Shown: positions 24,861-40,144, counted from the stretch's first letter. The stretch: 64,000 bases of DNA from Octopus sinensis (GCF_006345805.1 NC_043014.1:50840001-50904000), one strand, 5' to 3'. Notes: a model not told the origin generated them from the letters alone. Numbers and translations are program-made.

Positions 24861-26658
24861 ATGCTCACGGCGAGGGAATCTTTGATCATATATTTGCCGT
24901 ATCATTGTTGAGCTATGGGTTAAAAGAGCCACTGGCCAATACCGTTAAATGTCTAAAGAATTTGGCAGGAGAATGACATCAAATTATGTTCCAAATGGCT
25001 AGAATTGAACTACGCAGTGCTTAAATGAAATGCATACCAATTCTTTTCTCTTGGACGAATACATTCCATTTAATTATTGATAGTTAAAATGATGATACAG
25101 TCTGAATGAAATTTACAAATATGGTAATGAATATCAATGTATTTTGATTAGATATACATCCAGTCTTAATTAGGCTGAAGATACGGTCGATTGACTCAAA
25201 ATGCCATAGCAATATAATTTATTGATCTTTCAGGAATATTTACAGTTAGACAAGGGCGACACAGAAATGTACTTTGTCGCTTTTTTGGCAATCGTTATGA
25301 TGATAATTAATATCGGTATATTTGAATTTTTGGCAAAAGACCAACATATAGATTAGGAATTTGATTCAATTAAATTTATTCAATATCTTAACGAAGAGAT
25401 GGACTTAATGAGACAAATCGAATTTACGCAAGAATTTACTTCGACGAATGGCATTTTCCATAAAACTGATACATTCCAACTCCGATCTTCACCAATTTCC
25501 TTCAATGGAATTTATGGAATCCTTTCACAAGATATTTTTATTTAGTTGTTTAATAGCTTAGTCAGACGAGGAATGGAATGCCAGTCTGTTTCTTTTAAAC
25601 AGAGAACTCGGAACGTAGCGGCAGACGAAATACCGCTAAGCATTTCGCCCGGCGTGCTAACATTTTACCATTTCGCCGCCTTTATTTTAGAGTTTCATTA
25701 ATCGAGACGGTTATATGTGAAATAAAAATTCCTGAGTATGGACAGGTGAAATTAAAGATCTGCAGCCGGTCAAGCTATCACCTCCAAAACAAACGTCTAG
25801 TTAGAAGTAAGGTTTTGGTTTTTTTTTTTACTGAGAACATGTAAATGCTTTCGGTTTTATGTGATAGGCATATATTTTACTCAAGTCATTCATCAAAACA
25901 CGAGCGTAATGGGGGTTCTTGCACCTCAGAAAATATAGACTTTCTGTAATAAAAGATCTAAGTTATATATTAATCACGAACCTAACGTGCAGTTTGTGTT
26001 AGAACACAGAATATTGCTTAATTTATCGTGAGAGGGTCTACTCAGCACGAGTCTTTATGCGAAATTCTCTCAAGATAAATAACACAGTATTCTGTGCTCT
26101 GACACAACTTCCACGTTCATCTGGATATTCTCATACTCGTTTCGGTTGAATACTGCTTCTGTTGCTTTTAATCATAAGTTTTATATATTTTACAACTCGG
26201 CCCCCATACACACATATACTCACCGATAGACACGCATGCATCGAATGTACACTTTCACACGGACGACACACTTAGAGCAATTCATACACATAAGAGCAAC
26301 ATACACACACACACACATACACACACACATATATGTATACATATACAAAATCATCTGCGATATGCAATAAAAAGAGTTATATATTTAAACACCCGTTGCG
26401 GTATCATATAAAGCGTAAATCCATCGTTAGAAAAAAGTTACTTTGGTATTCCTCAGGCGATAATACATCTTGCGGACGAACAGTGTTCAAAAACACAAAT
26501 TCATTAGTAGCAGACGAATATCTCCCAACATCTGTAATAAGAATGCTGGATACGCTTTTCCTCCTTGTTGGGCTTCGTCAGTTGCATGTACTCACAAACA
26601 ACTACATGCTAAGACAATACAAGAGACAGAGCTTGTTCAATGGCTGTGTGTGTGTGTC

Positions 26659-26790
26659 TGTATTGACATATGTGTGTAATGGCAGTGTGTGTGTGCATTG
26701 ACATATGTGTGTAATGGCAGTGTGTGTGTGTGTGTTGACATATGTGTGTAATGGCAGTGTGTGTGTGTGTATGTGTGTGTGTATTGACAT
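26659..26790. repeat. Minisatellite, ~3.5 copies of TTGACATATGTGTGTAATGGCAGTGTGTGTG (31-37 bp)
   Basis: Direct reading. Confidence 0.85.
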
Positions 26791-26809
26791 ATACACATAT
26801 ATACTGAGT

Positions 26810-27075
26810 ATGTGCTTCGATGATTCGACCGTCCGGAATGAACTTGAAGTGAATTAACCCCTCAAAATTCCACGAGATGCAAAGCATTAAATTGTGTTCG
26901 GAAAGCCCATTTTTTGGCAACGGGTTCTTGAAGCAAGTCCTTTAATCATTACTACTTATGCACGTTAAGAATGCGGCAAGATATTTCTCTCGGATAATCA
27001 CATCTTCTGATCCCTAACTCGATTCCTGCACTTGTGGTGCTTCGTCAACGAAGAGGGGGTGAAAGCTTCACTGAA
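26810..27075 (-). mobile_element. Degenerate mariner-type transposase fragment
   Basis: AFLTCISSND resembles FL-RI-TGDE, and PKNGLSEHNLMLCISWNFEGLIHFKFIPDGRII resembles PK-GLHPKKVML-VWWD-KG-IH-ELL--GQTIN. Stops and frameshifts are present. Confidence 0.6.
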
Positions 27076-27279
27076 AAGAGTTCTTCGTGTCGAAGTACAA
27101 GAACTGGTATCAGCGCTGGATAATAGAACTGGCAGACAGGTGGAGTTGCACGGTGCATCACGATAGTCTGTACACTCAATGATCGGCTTCTTTTGTTGTA
27201 ACAGGAATAATAAAACAAATGAGATACCAAAATATTGCAAAAAATTTGACTCACTGTTCTCTCTCTTTCTCACTCTCTC

Positions 27280-27354
<75 letters not shown>

Positions 27355-28419
27355 TATGTGCAACATTTATCATGCGACCTAATGTGGAAGAAATAAAGAC
27401 TTAATTCAGTTATGATTTTTTATTTCTTTTGATAGTTTGAATATCATTCGTGTTATATGCAATGTTATTGCACACACAAACAACAATCCTATTCCATTGT
27501 TTTAAATTGTTATGTCGATATCTTGAATGGCATAATTTTTAGAACGTGATTTGTAATATAAATTTCTATAAAATTTCGTCACATTCATCTGTATTACGTT
27601 AGAAAATTAATTTTGTTTCTGCAAGTTATTAAATGCCTGAATGAAATAAAAACAATAAAAATATATAACCTCATGCCAATTTTTTAATCATTAAAAGAAT
27701 GGGAATTTTGTTTAAAAGTCTAGTTTGCTTAGCGCATTGTAAAGATCAAACAATAAATATTTGAGACCTTTTCTTTTAGACAGAACAATACAACACACTA
27801 CAGACAGACAACACGTTTAAAACAAGTTTCAATAGATAGGGGAAATAATAAAAAAGCCGAATCAAATGTGTTAATGAAAATATAGGAGATACAATAATGT
27901 TATTGAATAATGTGATTGAGTAACAAAGATCACACATAACAAGAAGTAGATTTAAATATATTTGGAGATGAAAACCGAAAATATTTAATTAAGTTTCTCA
28001 CTTCTACTTTTATAACTCTCATTTCTAATATTTGCTGTGCTGTACGTAAAACGGTTTCTATCCAATAAAAATGCTATTCAGATTTAATTTCCTGTCGACA
28101 TGTATGTCATGGAAACAGTTGCAAGAGGATTTGTAATGAATTAAATGAGGATTTTCAACATGGCATCATATGGCACTATAATAATGCGAAACAATGATTG
28201 ATTTTTTTTTGTTTGAATATACATAAGTACAGATTAGAAATACCATCTTGTTTTTGTCAGTTTTTGCTACTCTCCATATTTATTTTAGTCAAATGTAAAT
28301 AATCATAAATTCTTAGGTTAATATTGGCATATACACATATATATATATATTGAGCTAATAATAATAATACAAGACAACACAAATACAAAACACACTCTAT
28401 ACAACATTTACTCAGTGAA

Positions 28420-28655
28420 ATGTGCTCCCACCAGCAACCTAGAAAAGCTAGGCGTTACACACTCAACACAATAGAAGCAGAAACGCTACAAAAGACAGCA
28501 CCACATCTCACGAAAAAGCTAACACAATACCGTATCGGGAAGAGTTTGAACAGCAAAGAACACACAATTCTGCATCGACCCCAGCAACACAGTGTTACAG
28601 GTAATCCAGTAGATATTTTCCGCCTCAATGTAGCAAATATTGAACTGTTATCTAA
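28420..28655 (+). mobile_element. Degenerate R4/Dong-like C-terminus and 3' UTR
   Basis: NLEKLGV...ETLQKTA across a frameshift resembles the IQKIALLGTAH C-terminus; it ends at a TAA run. Confidence 0.4.
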
Positions 28656-28735
28656 TAATAATAATAAAGTAAACGTCGGAACAATTTCAACTCACAAGAA
28701 GATTGATGAAATGCCAGCGTACTAAGCTCACCAAC

Positions 28736-28774
<39 letters not shown>

Positions 28775-28789
28775 TATTTTTTTATGTAT

Positions 28790-28945
28790 TAGACATTCAC
28801 TAGTACAACACCAAAAAACCCCCCAAATATATGGCACACTAGGCATAACAACAACGTGAACTTCCAACCTGTTGTCTCTTGAGGTCTCTGGGTGAGACTT
28901 GGAGCCAACTTGTACAGACATAAAGCAAAAGTCAAACATAGAATG
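28790..28945 (+). mobile_element. Probable LINE 3' UTR fragment between TAA tracts
   Basis: Non-repetitive ~155-bp island bounded by (TAA)n on both sides; Dong affinity is inferred from context only. Confidence 0.3.
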
Positions 28946-28981
<36 letters not shown>

Positions 28982-29000
28982 TAATAATAATAATATAATA

Positions 29001-29120
<120 letters not shown>

Positions 29121-29142
29121 AATAATAACAATAATAATAACA

Positions 29143-29335
29143 GAAGACAATAAAACTAATGGTGACATAGATGAACAAAAGGCAATCTACAGGAGAACGA
29201 TTGCGACATTATTTGCAACATTCAAAAGGTTGATCGATGGAAATTGAACCAAGAAACGAAAAATATTAATGAAATTCTGAAATACATCAGAACGAACAAC
29301 ATCGCAGAAACAAATAATTTGATATTATTTCAAAG
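29143..29335 (+). mobile_element. R4/Dong-like N-terminal ORF fragment
   Basis: ETKNINEILKYIRTNNIAETNNLIL resembles the N-terminal region I recall for Dong/R4 ORFs; it begins after (TGA)n/(TAA)n. Confidence 0.45.
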
Positions 29336-30043
29336 TAAATGAACTTGGAACTGTACTATTCAAATTGGATAATGTACTGGCTTATAAGTTCGGCTCAAAG
29401 TCAGCAATTTCGAATTATTTCGCTCAACTGGTTCTTATTTTATCGACCCCGAAAGAATGAAAGGCGAAATCGAATTTGAACTCAGATCGGAGAGACATGT
29501 TAAGCTGGTTTGCTCGGCGTGCTAACGAATCTACAAGCTTGCAGTCTTGCAACTTGGCTAAAATATTAAGTGCCGTATATTTATATAAACACACATACAC
29601 AAACACATTCATAGACACCGACACACATAAAAACACATTGAATTTCAAACATTGCTTCAAGGAGATGTTACAGTTATTTCCGGCAGATCAAACTTCTAAT
29701 TTAATACACCTACTTCGATTCTTTAGTAATCGAATAATCTAAATAACGAAAACAATTAGATATGCAAAGCTGAAGTATTTTGTCCGAAGCCCTATTATAG
29801 TTGCATCATATCAAAACAATTACTTTAATTCCATATCAATGTATTTGAAACGAAGTAAACGAAACAATACTGTCAGGTGCGAAAAAAGCCATAGAGTTAT
29901 ATCTAAAGTTTCATATACACAAACACATTTCGTTTCAAGTATATTCTTAACAAAGATATCACTGGTGTTTCTAGGAGAACAAACGTCAGATCTGATACAG
30001 CTGTATTTATGTTTTATTAATCGAATAATTTAGATAACGAACA

Positions 30044-30442
30044 AGGAGTGGCTGTGTGGTAAGTAGCTTGTTTACCAACCACACGGTTCCGGGTTCGGTC
30101 CCACTGCGTGACACCTTAGGCAAGTGTCTTCTACTATAGCCTCGGGCCAACCAAAGCCTTGTGAGTGGATTTGGTAGACGGAAACTGAAAGAAGCCCGTC
30201 GTATATATGTGTATATATATATGCGTGTGTGTGTTTGTGTGTCTGTGTTTGTCCCCCTAGCATTGCTTGACAACCGATGCTGGTGTGTTTATGTCCCCGT
30301 TACTTAGCGGTTCGGCAAAAGAGACCGATAGAATAAGTACTGGGCTTACAAAAGAATAATCCCGGGTCGAGTTACTCGATTAAAGGCGGTGCTCCAGCAT
30401 GGCCGCTGTCATATGACTGAAACAAGTAAAAGAGAAAAGAGT
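30044..30442 (+). mobile_element. SINE family A, full copy
   Basis: Same modules. Confidence 0.9.
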
Positions 30443-30489
30443 AAACTAAAATATGCGAATTTGAATCAGCAACTCTACTATGCTTCTTC

Positions 30490-30791
30490 TTGTTTGTTCT
30501 TTCTCAAGCCACGCCTGGCTCATAAGGGCCGGTTTCCCGGTTTCCTTGGCGTATAGGTTCCCCATCTGGACGGTACGCCGGTCCGTCGCAGGTAAGCTGC
30601 TAGATGCCGGAGGAAAGAGTGAGAGAAAGTTGTGGCAAAAGAGTCAGCCGAGGTTCGCCATTACCTTCTGCCGGAGCCGCGTGGAGCTTAGGTGTTTCGC
30701 TTATAAACACACAGATCTCCCGGTCTGAGATTGGAACCCGCGATCCCTTGACCGCAAGTCCACTGCTCTAACCACTAGGCCATGCGCCTCC
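30490..30791 (-). mobile_element. SINE family B with a different 3' tail (...GGAAACCGGCCCTTATGAGCCAGG)
   Basis: Same head and GAGAGAAAGTTGTGG junction motif as the copy at 24085-24250, but a different 3' module. Confidence 0.8.
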
Positions 30792-32039
30792 ACATCTCTA
30801 CTATCATTACACAACGAAGATGTAAGACGTCTGATCACAAGTATCGGGAGTGGTCTAATAAAACGAAGAAGCAAAGCATATCAAGTCTCCCTCTTAATTT
30901 ACACACATCATTAGGTATCGTTTCCATTCTTGGATACATTCCTGTAACACCTTTTTGGGGATAGTGAGCATCCATCTCGTCGCATTCTTTTTGGATTCAT
31001 TTTAAGCCTTAGTTTCAGAATTATAACCATAGTCCCACGATTCTTTACCTGTCATGACCGTTTTCAAAACGTTTTCGCGTGTTCCTCGGCACAGTCCAGG
31101 AGGTCCTGCACTACTGCAACGCGATCTAAAGTTTGAGACGACCGCACTCGACACACTTTAATTCTAAGCGCTGCTATATACAAGCTTAAGTGAACGACAA
31201 CGTTATAACTTAGTGTGCACCCACGTTAGAGGTGAAGACCAATCTTTGCCAAAGGACTGTACTCTGCGTACTATAGCTTTGTTGCCGTTATAATAGTCCT
31301 AATACTTTTTGATCAGACTTCGTATTTTGCATAAAGCAATAGGAAACATATATTTACCTTGGCTCACAAGTTAGTTGCTAACAGAAGCCATATAGTTAGA
31401 ACAAACACTCGCACAGACACAGATAGAGACACACACATACACTCACACACACACATGCGTATACACACATGTACAATGCATTCCAAGTCCTTGTTTCATG
31501 AGAAAATAATTCCAGCACTCACAATTGCTGTACTGAAGTATATTTTGTATATATGATTTCTCTCAAACATTCTTACATAATCCATGTTTAAAAAGGTGTT
31601 TTGCTTCATAAAACTCCGATGTCGGAAAAAAACAAACATAAGAAAATTATGGTAGAGTTTGGAAACGACAAAGTAATATGTTTTTTGTTCATTGGAATAT
31701 TGCAAAACATAACTCAAAGGCTTGTATAATATTTATATATACATGCAATAATCCTTTAGCAATCTTCCTCAGAATCATTGCGATGTGGAAAGTAAGTATA
31801 TGAAGAATTTGCTTGCACTGGCAGAAAGCATTTTTAATAACGGAATGCTGTTTTCGCTTCCTTTCTCGGAACTCTAATAATATTGGATGTGATAATCGTG
31901 TAATACGTTTAGCTGGGGTGATTTATTGATATCCAGAGGATACATAGAACTAGAAACAAGAGCATGGTGTATTTCAATTGAGCACATGAAAATATCTGGG
32001 TTCGTGCACACACACACACACACACCTGAGAATTATATA

Positions 32040-32251
32040 CTCTTTTACTCTTTTACTTGTTTCAGTCATTTGACTGCAGCCATGCTGGAGCACCGCCTTT
32101 AGTCGAGCAAATCGACCCCGGGACTTATTCTTTGTAAGCCTAGTACTTATTCTATCGGTCTCTTTTGCCGAACCGCTAAGTTACGGGGACGTAAACACAC
32201 CAGCATCGGTTGTCAAGCTATGTTGGGGAGGACAAACACAGACACACAAAC

Positions 32252-32282
<31 letters not shown>

Positions 32283-32451
32283 CATATATACGACACGCTT
32301 CTTTCAGTTTCCGTCTACCAAATCCTCTCACAAGGCATTGGTCGGCCAGGGGCTATAGCAGAAGACACTTGCCCAAGATGCCACGCAGTGGGACTGAACC
32401 CGGAACCATGTGGTTGGTTAGCAAGCTACTTACCACACAGCCACTCCTGCG

Positions 32452-32455
<4 letters not shown>
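32040..32455 (-). mobile_element. SINE family A, full copy
   Basis: Same modules. Confidence 0.9.
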
Positions 32456-32544
<89 letters not shown>

Positions 32545-33186
32545 GGACGTTAGTATTTGTCGCCATAAAAATCATTTAAGCGGTGAACTAGCAGAATGGT
32601 TACCATAGCGGCAAAATGCCTCGCGCGCGGCATTTCGTTCATCTTCACGTCGAGAGTTCAAATCCTACCGAGGTCGACTTTGTCTTTCATCCGTCCGAAG
32701 TCGATAAATAAGTACCTGTTTTGTATTGGGATGCATATGATCGAGTATCCCACATACCCTACACTTGCAGGCATTGCGCTAAGATTTGATATCAGCATTA
32801 AAATCCTACATTGTTTTATTGTAGTGTGAAATGATAGCATTTTGCCCATGAAATTGCCTTCACGTACAGAAGGAAAACTTACTTTCTTCAGTTCTCAAAA
32901 CAAGAGTAAACTGTAGAATGGTACTTGTTTTATCGACTGTGAAATGATGTAAGACAAAACCGATCTTTGCGGGATTTGAACTCAGAACCTGATGAGATGG
33001 AAGAACTAAAGCGATGTATTTTCACCGAAGTTCTAACAAATCTGCCAACTTTCCGCCTTCTCCAAACAAAAAAAAATAAATAAATAAAATAATGAAAAAG
33101 AAATCCTTTCTGCTACCGGTACAAGGTCTGAAAGACTGTGTGAGGAATAGTAGTCAATTCCGTCGACCTCACTGGTCGAACCCGGA

Positions 33187-35142
33187 ATGACGAGGACCAA
33201 GTCAACCTCGGTGGAATTTCAAATAAGAACGTAAAGAATCGTAGAAAAAAACAGCCAAGCATTTTATATGGTGCCGTAACCATTCTTCCCTATTGTTGTC
33301 CTCTTTTTTAAATAAATATCAATAACAAGTTTCTGAACAAATGCTTCAAGCATCATTGTCCGATGCAATGAAGATTCCATTGCCTTGCTGCCCTTATAAT
33401 AATTTCCTACTTTAAGCACGACGTCAGCAATTTTGTGATTAATCGTTACTATCAATTCCAGTACTTGACTGGCACTTTATGCTATAGATTACGGAAAGCT
33501 GAAAGGCAAAGTCGAACACGGTGGAATTAGAACTCAGACAGTAAAGGGCTAGAAGTAATAAATAATTGTTGTCTGTGTTCTATAAATCCTACGTGGACCT
33601 CGCCCTAATTTAATGAGTCGTCGAACGATCAGGTTATATTTCTTGTTGTAGCATTTATAATAGTCACTGCAATCCTTCCTATCCCGTCTTTTATGTCGCA
33701 CATTGAACATGTATTCCAGTATGTCATTTAGCAGTAGGGTGTGATTTGGGGATTAACGGGTGACACTTCTATGAGATTTACATACATCATAACTGCTCCT
33801 GTATTGAAAAGAAAAAAAACACCAAGTTAATACATACTGGAATCTAAATAAAATCTAAGAGAATCGATTTACTAGATATACAAATATCACACAATATATT
33901 AAAAGAAAGCTATCTTATTATAGTTAGCTTAAATCATTCTAACTAAAAAAACGACACCATGTTTTATATATATATATATGAATTAAATAAAAATGTTTTA
34001 GGCCAAACAATACTATATCAAAAACAACAAATTGTGTTATATAGCAAACCACTTTAAAGTGTGCGAACATATATATTGTTTTCTTTGTACAATGTTCAAT
34101 TCACTAAAATTTTCTTGAAGGAAAAAATTCACGTAAACATTTCGAAAATAAATGAAAATAATATATAAAAAAAGCAGCATTTAAAATGATTAGAAATAAA
34201 ATAGAATAGAAAGCAAAGTGTGAAAATATATTTTATTAAATATATTTTTATTAAATATTTTAAATGCATTTTCTGTGAGAAATTACTGACGGCAGAAATA
34301 AGAATTATATTCCAGTTAAAAGGTTTCAATCGAATTCTCAAACTGTTTTTCACATGTACAACAGACTTTTATGCTGGCGATTTCTTGCAGAGCATTGTAT
34401 TTATAAATGAATGTTTTTCCCCATTTCTGTATTTTTAATACAAATCTTTAAAAAAATAAGCAAACAAGTCGAAAATAAATAAACGAATATAAGAGGCTCG
34501 ATTCATAATTGCAATAATTATATATTCTTTTTTTCTAAGCAAGTTGAAAAATAGCAATCGTATACAGTGCATTTTAAAATGATTTTTATGTAAAATATCT
34601 GCTCTGAACTTCAATGCAAAAATCAAATCCATAAAGTAGTTAGGAAGCCGTTTATTTCTTTTTCTTAGAACATTTGCTATTCTAAAACTTGCAACATTCA
34701 TTATTGGTTAGGAATCATGTACTGTACATATATAAAAGCCGTTAAGTTAAGTTTTACATGGTTTGTCAGGTGCTATATATTCCTGTGTATAGGCACAGCC
34801 GTGGCTCTGTTTTAAGAAGTTACGGTTCTGCGTCGTACTTTATCGTCTCCTACGATACACTCAAGTACAGGAATTGATAGTATCGATTAATCACAAAATT
34901 GCTGACATCGTGCTTAAAGTAGAAAATTATTTTAAGGGCAGCAAGACAATGGCACCTTCATTGAATCGGAAAAAATGAAACTTGAAGCATTTGTTCAGAA
35001 ACTCTTATTGATATTTGTTTAAAACAGAGGGCAGCAAGAGGGAAGAATGGTTACGGCACCAGATAAAATGCTTGGCTGTTTTTTCTCCGATTCTTTACGT
35101 TCTTATTTGCAATTCCACCGACGTTGACTTGGTCCTCATCAT
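33187..35142. repeat. Long-range inverted duplication: 33187-33468 vs 34861-35142 (~282 bp, diverged), 1.39-kb spacer
   Basis: Reverse-complement match runs through non-SINE sequence (GATTAATCACAAAATTGCTGAC, GAAGCATTTGTTCAGAAAC) plus a degenerate SINE-C part. Confidence 0.85.
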
Positions 35143-36229
35143 GCCTTGTGAATAGATTTGATAGACCGAAACTGTGAGAAACTCGTCCTATATATATATG
35201 TGAGTGTGTGTGTGTATAGCTCTAGTGGTTCGTCAATGGAGAACGACAGAATAAGAAACAGACCTTAAAATATTAACACTGGGTCGCTTCGTCCAAGTGA
35301 AAGACTATAGGGCAATGTCTGAGGCTTCGGTAGGAAACTTTAACCAAGGTGCCATGCATTTGGACTGAACCTGGAACCATGAGGCTAGTAAACAAATTTC
35401 TTAGCGCACTTTACCTCTGCTTGTGTGAGTATAACTTGCGAATACACATGAATTTCTCCTGCAAATAGTCATACAGATAAAATTGGTAATTTACAAGCGA
35501 CTGGAGACAATTTTACAACTGGAATTTAATATCTCAGAAAATCGATACGAAAAGAAATTTCATTTGAATTGTATTAATAGATGCCGTAACTAGTTCAATT
35601 ATAAAAGAAATATTTTTCTTAATATGCAATAATTCATAACGTTCAGAACATCCTACTAGTAATTTACAATATTTTCACAGTTAAGTACATTAAGTATTAT
35701 AGAAATCTTTTCTTATGTTATAAGTTTCATACAGATATTGCTGAACTCCGCTTAAAGCACATAACAGTAATTGTTTGGTTTATTAAATTATTTCGTCTTT
35801 TAGTGTTCACATTCCCCGCTGTTCTTAATGTTATCTTCTTTATTTTATTCTCTTTCATTAGAGAGAATATGTGCTCTCCTGTAACAGTATGATACTCTTT
35901 TTCAATCATAAATGGAGAATTACACTTCACATTGGGCACCATATTCTTTCGATCAAAAATGCAAAAAAAAAAAAATGCAAACAGAAATCAGATTCAAAAT
36001 GTTAAGTATGTGTATATGTTCCATGAAGAGAGTTATCGTCAGCTGAGATTTGTGGTACTAATACGAAAGGATATGTGTACCCACATAGGCACGCACATAT
36101 ACATACATGTACGTATACATATTTATATACAGAGACGTATGAATACCTGTACATACACATTTGATTTAAATCGTATTAATAGATGCCGTATACATACGTA
36201 CATACATACATACATATATACACATATAC

Positions 36230-36315
<86 letters not shown>

Positions 36316-36387
36316 CATACACACACCCAAAACAAATACACACAAGTCTATATAGAGAGCTATACATATAAAAAAAATATAAATATA

Positions 36388-36426
<39 letters not shown>

Positions 36427-36563
36427 CTATGTGTATATATGCTTAACGTCGCGGATCCTTGCAGGTGTGTGTGTCTTCCATAAGAAACCCAATTCGCTTA
36501 GTAAATTCTAATACCATCCAAATAAATTCCTTTTCGGGAAACCTCACAGAAATTACATAATAC

Positions 36564-36599
<36 letters not shown>

Positions 36600-36611
36600 C
36601 TCTCTCTCCCT

Positions 36612-36671
<60 letters not shown>

Positions 36672-36761
36672 ATGTCTGTCTGTCTATCTATCTATGTATC
36701 TATACATACATATATATTTATATATGTGTGTGTGTGTGCGTATGTGTGTGTATGTGTGCGT

Positions 36762-36816
<55 letters not shown>

Positions 36817-37320
36817 TGATTGTGTCTGAGTGAGTCGACAAGCGAGAGGAAAGGGCACTTCGTACATTTAGTAGGAGACACATGCATTATTATTTAGAAC
36901 AATTTAATTCGGCTCCATACGATTTAAAGTTCTCGAAGTTCTAGAGGAAACCCTTCACTTTCAGGCTTAAAGGCTCCTATTGTTCAAATCGGGTCACGTA
37001 GTTTTCTGAGAGAAAAATCGGCGAATCAGCGACAACCGCCCTGTTAGAAAAGGAATTTTTGCACAGCGTGGCTGGACAGAGAGCTGGCGGCGTCTAGTCG
37101 TCTGAGAGCCAACAGAAGCAAGGCCAGTGGGTGTGTGAGTGAGTGAATGAGAGAGAGAGAAAGAGAGAATGTGTGTGTGTGTGTGTATGAGTCAATGTGT
37201 ATGAGTGACTGTGTATGTATGCGTGTGTATGTGTGCGTGCGTTTGTGTAAATTCCAAATGTATTAATAATTTAGTTGTGGATGTTATTAGTTGCCTGAAT
37301 GTGTATGTATGTAGGTATGT

Positions 37321-37506
37321 ATAGGCGCAGGAGTGGCTGTGTGGTAAGTAGCTTGCTAACCAACCACATGGTTCCGGGTTCAGTCCCACTGCGTGGCATC
37401 TTGGGCAAGTGTCTTCTGCTATAGCCCCGGGCCGACCAATGCCTTGTGAGTGGATTTGGTAGACGGAAACTGAAAGAAGCCTGTCGTATATATGTATATA
37501 TATATA

Positions 37507-37549
<43 letters not shown>

Positions 37550-37755
37550 TGTGTGTCTGTGTTTATCCCCCTAGCATTGCTTGACAACCGATGCTGGTGT
37601 GTTTACGTTCCCGTCACTTAGCGGTTCGGCAAAAGAGACCGATAGAATAAGTACTGGGCTTACAAAGAATAAGTCCCGGGGTCGATTTGCTCGACTAAAG
37701 GCGGTGCTCCAGCATGGCCGCAGTCAAATGACTGAAACATGTAAAAGAGAAAGAG
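37321..37755 (+). mobile_element. SINE family A, full copy
   Basis: Same modules. Confidence 0.9.
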
Positions 37756-39379
37756 AGAAAGAAATGTGTGCGCGTAGGTATATACCTATACGTACACATG
37801 CGTCTCGTCAAAATTGCATAGATTTTTTTTTTCTTTATCAAAGTCATGAAAATTCCTTATCTGTCTCTTTAATTTGAAACCACGCTGTGAGTCCTCATAT
37901 GTTCCGTGTTTGCAAAATGATTAAAATCCTTTTTTTTTTACTAATTAGGCTCCAGTCATCAATTTCGAAGAAAGCGAACCCAACAGAAAACTGGCCAACA
38001 GCGATTCCTTCAGTTATTCAGTTGTCTCTTTCTCACCACATTATTATTTCTAATTAAATTTTTAAGTTTCACAATTTAAGCATTCCTTTATTTTTCTTTT
38101 CTCGCGCAGATGGCGTCCACCTAATTGACAACAGTTTATTTTTTTGTTATTATTCCAATTCTGCGCATCTGCTCGTCTGCACTAATTGTGTGTTACGCTG
38201 TGATTTTCTTCTTACTATTTTGTATAATAATTGGTTATTAAAGACATTCAATATGTTCAAATATGTTGGGAGTAGCCCTTCTTATTTCTTGTTTTAATTA
38301 TTGAGCTAATGTTCAACACCGATTCACAACTGGTGCTGGTTAATTTACAGCATAAATCTTCCGACGGAATCTGTACCAATCTTGGAAGAATAAAGTACAG
38401 GCATCAATTTGTTCGACTGAACCTTTGAGTCCAGTGTCCCAGCATGTCCGAGCTCCTATATCTAAAACAAAAAAAATATGCAAGATAGAAGATAACACTA
38501 ATACAAAATTTATATATAAACCAGTTGGCATATACACATTCAATCCAAGTCATGTGAGATTTGTGCATTCCTGTTTGGCATTCTGAACCTTTTTTGTATC
38601 CCTATACAGAACTGTGCCCCCTTATCTATCTAATCACGCTGAGACAAGGAGAATGATGTATACCAGTGTATCTAGCTTTAAAATTTTCCGGTGTTTTCTT
38701 CGTACTATATACCATCATCGGTTCAAAGACTAGGTTTGTACTAACTAAAAAAAAGAAAACTAAAGATTCCTAGAAGATATCAGATTTGATATATTCATTT
38801 TGTAACGATGCATGGTAAAAAATTCTGTCTGTTATTGCTTTTTCTTTTTATTTCTTTTTTACAGTGGGTGGGGAATATATATATATTTTTTATATCTTTA
38901 ATCATAATTTGTAGGTCATACAAATAATAGGTTTTATATAGAATAGAGGCGCTGCTTAGCTCAGAAGAAATAATATAAATTTGGGTGCAGCACGGTCCAT
39001 AAACTCTGCAAACATATTTAGATGTTTTCCAAGTAGATTGAAAATTCATCGATCTGTTATTCTTGGCACTGATCTGAAAGATAATATCGATTAGTTTTTC
39101 AGATAGTTCGTCGGAAATGTTGACTACTAACACGGCCTGATAAAAGTTCTCAAGTCACTTACGCTTTGGGTAACAAGAGACGGTTCGATCATGTTGAATT
39201 TAAAGATAAAATGACAAATAAGTAATTGAAAATAAAGAACAATTTGATCGTATTGAAAGCAGAAGCACGCCTTTCTTTTGACACGACCATCTGTAAAGAT
39301 AACAGGACTTGAAATGCTGCTGGTGCTTTTATATCTAAATTAATACTTCATATTCGAACTTCGTTTTACAAGTTGTGAT

Positions 39380-39403
39380 TTGTGCTTGTTTGTGCGTGTT
39401 TGT

Positions 39404-39448
<45 letters not shown>

Positions 39449-39505
39449 TGTGTGTGTGTATGTGTGTGTTTGTGTGTGTTTGTGTGTGTGTGTGTGTGTG
39501 TTGTG

Positions 39506-39586
<81 letters not shown>

Positions 39587-39692
39587 ATGTGTGTGTTTGT
39601 GTGTGTGTGTGTGTATGTGTGTGTTTGTGTGTGTTTGTGTGTGTTTGTGTGTGTGTGTGTGTGTGTGTATGTGTGTGTTTGTGTGTGTTTGG

Positions 39693-39725
<33 letters not shown>

Positions 39726-39890
39726 TTGTGTGTGTTTGTGTGTGTGTGGTGTGTTTGTGTGTGTGTGTGTGTGTGTATGTGTGTGTATGTGTGTGTTTGT
39801 GTGTGTTTGTGTGTGTGTATGTGTGTGTATGTGTGTGTTTGTGTGTGTTTGTGTGTGTGTGTGTGTGTGCGTGTCTGTGTGTGTGTGTGT
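39380..39890. repeat. ~510-bp interrupted (TG)n microsatellite with TTTG/TATG variants
   Basis: Direct reading; explains the CV/HT-repeat ORFs. Confidence 0.97.
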
Positions 39891-40144
39891 CTGATTTTGT
39901 TAAAGCCTCTACTGAGAATAATGGAGTTCAATGGTTCATTATTAGTCTTACTAGCCTTTTGGGACGTTTATTACTATTTGCAAATGAGAGATTTTTAGAT
40001 AAAAAGTGATCATTATTAATATCGCTTAATCGCTGCTGTGCACTACGCTGATATCACCTTCATTTCCGGTGGTGTGAAGCAGACACCCAGACACTCACAC
40101 ACAGGTATGCACAAATCAGTGTATATATAAATACATGGCAACAC

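Noticed and set aside
36920-37140. CpG-richer patch with an HSE-like TTCTCGAAGTTCTAGAG, possible promoter
   Set aside because: GAA/TTC spacing is non-canonical and there is no supported downstream gene.
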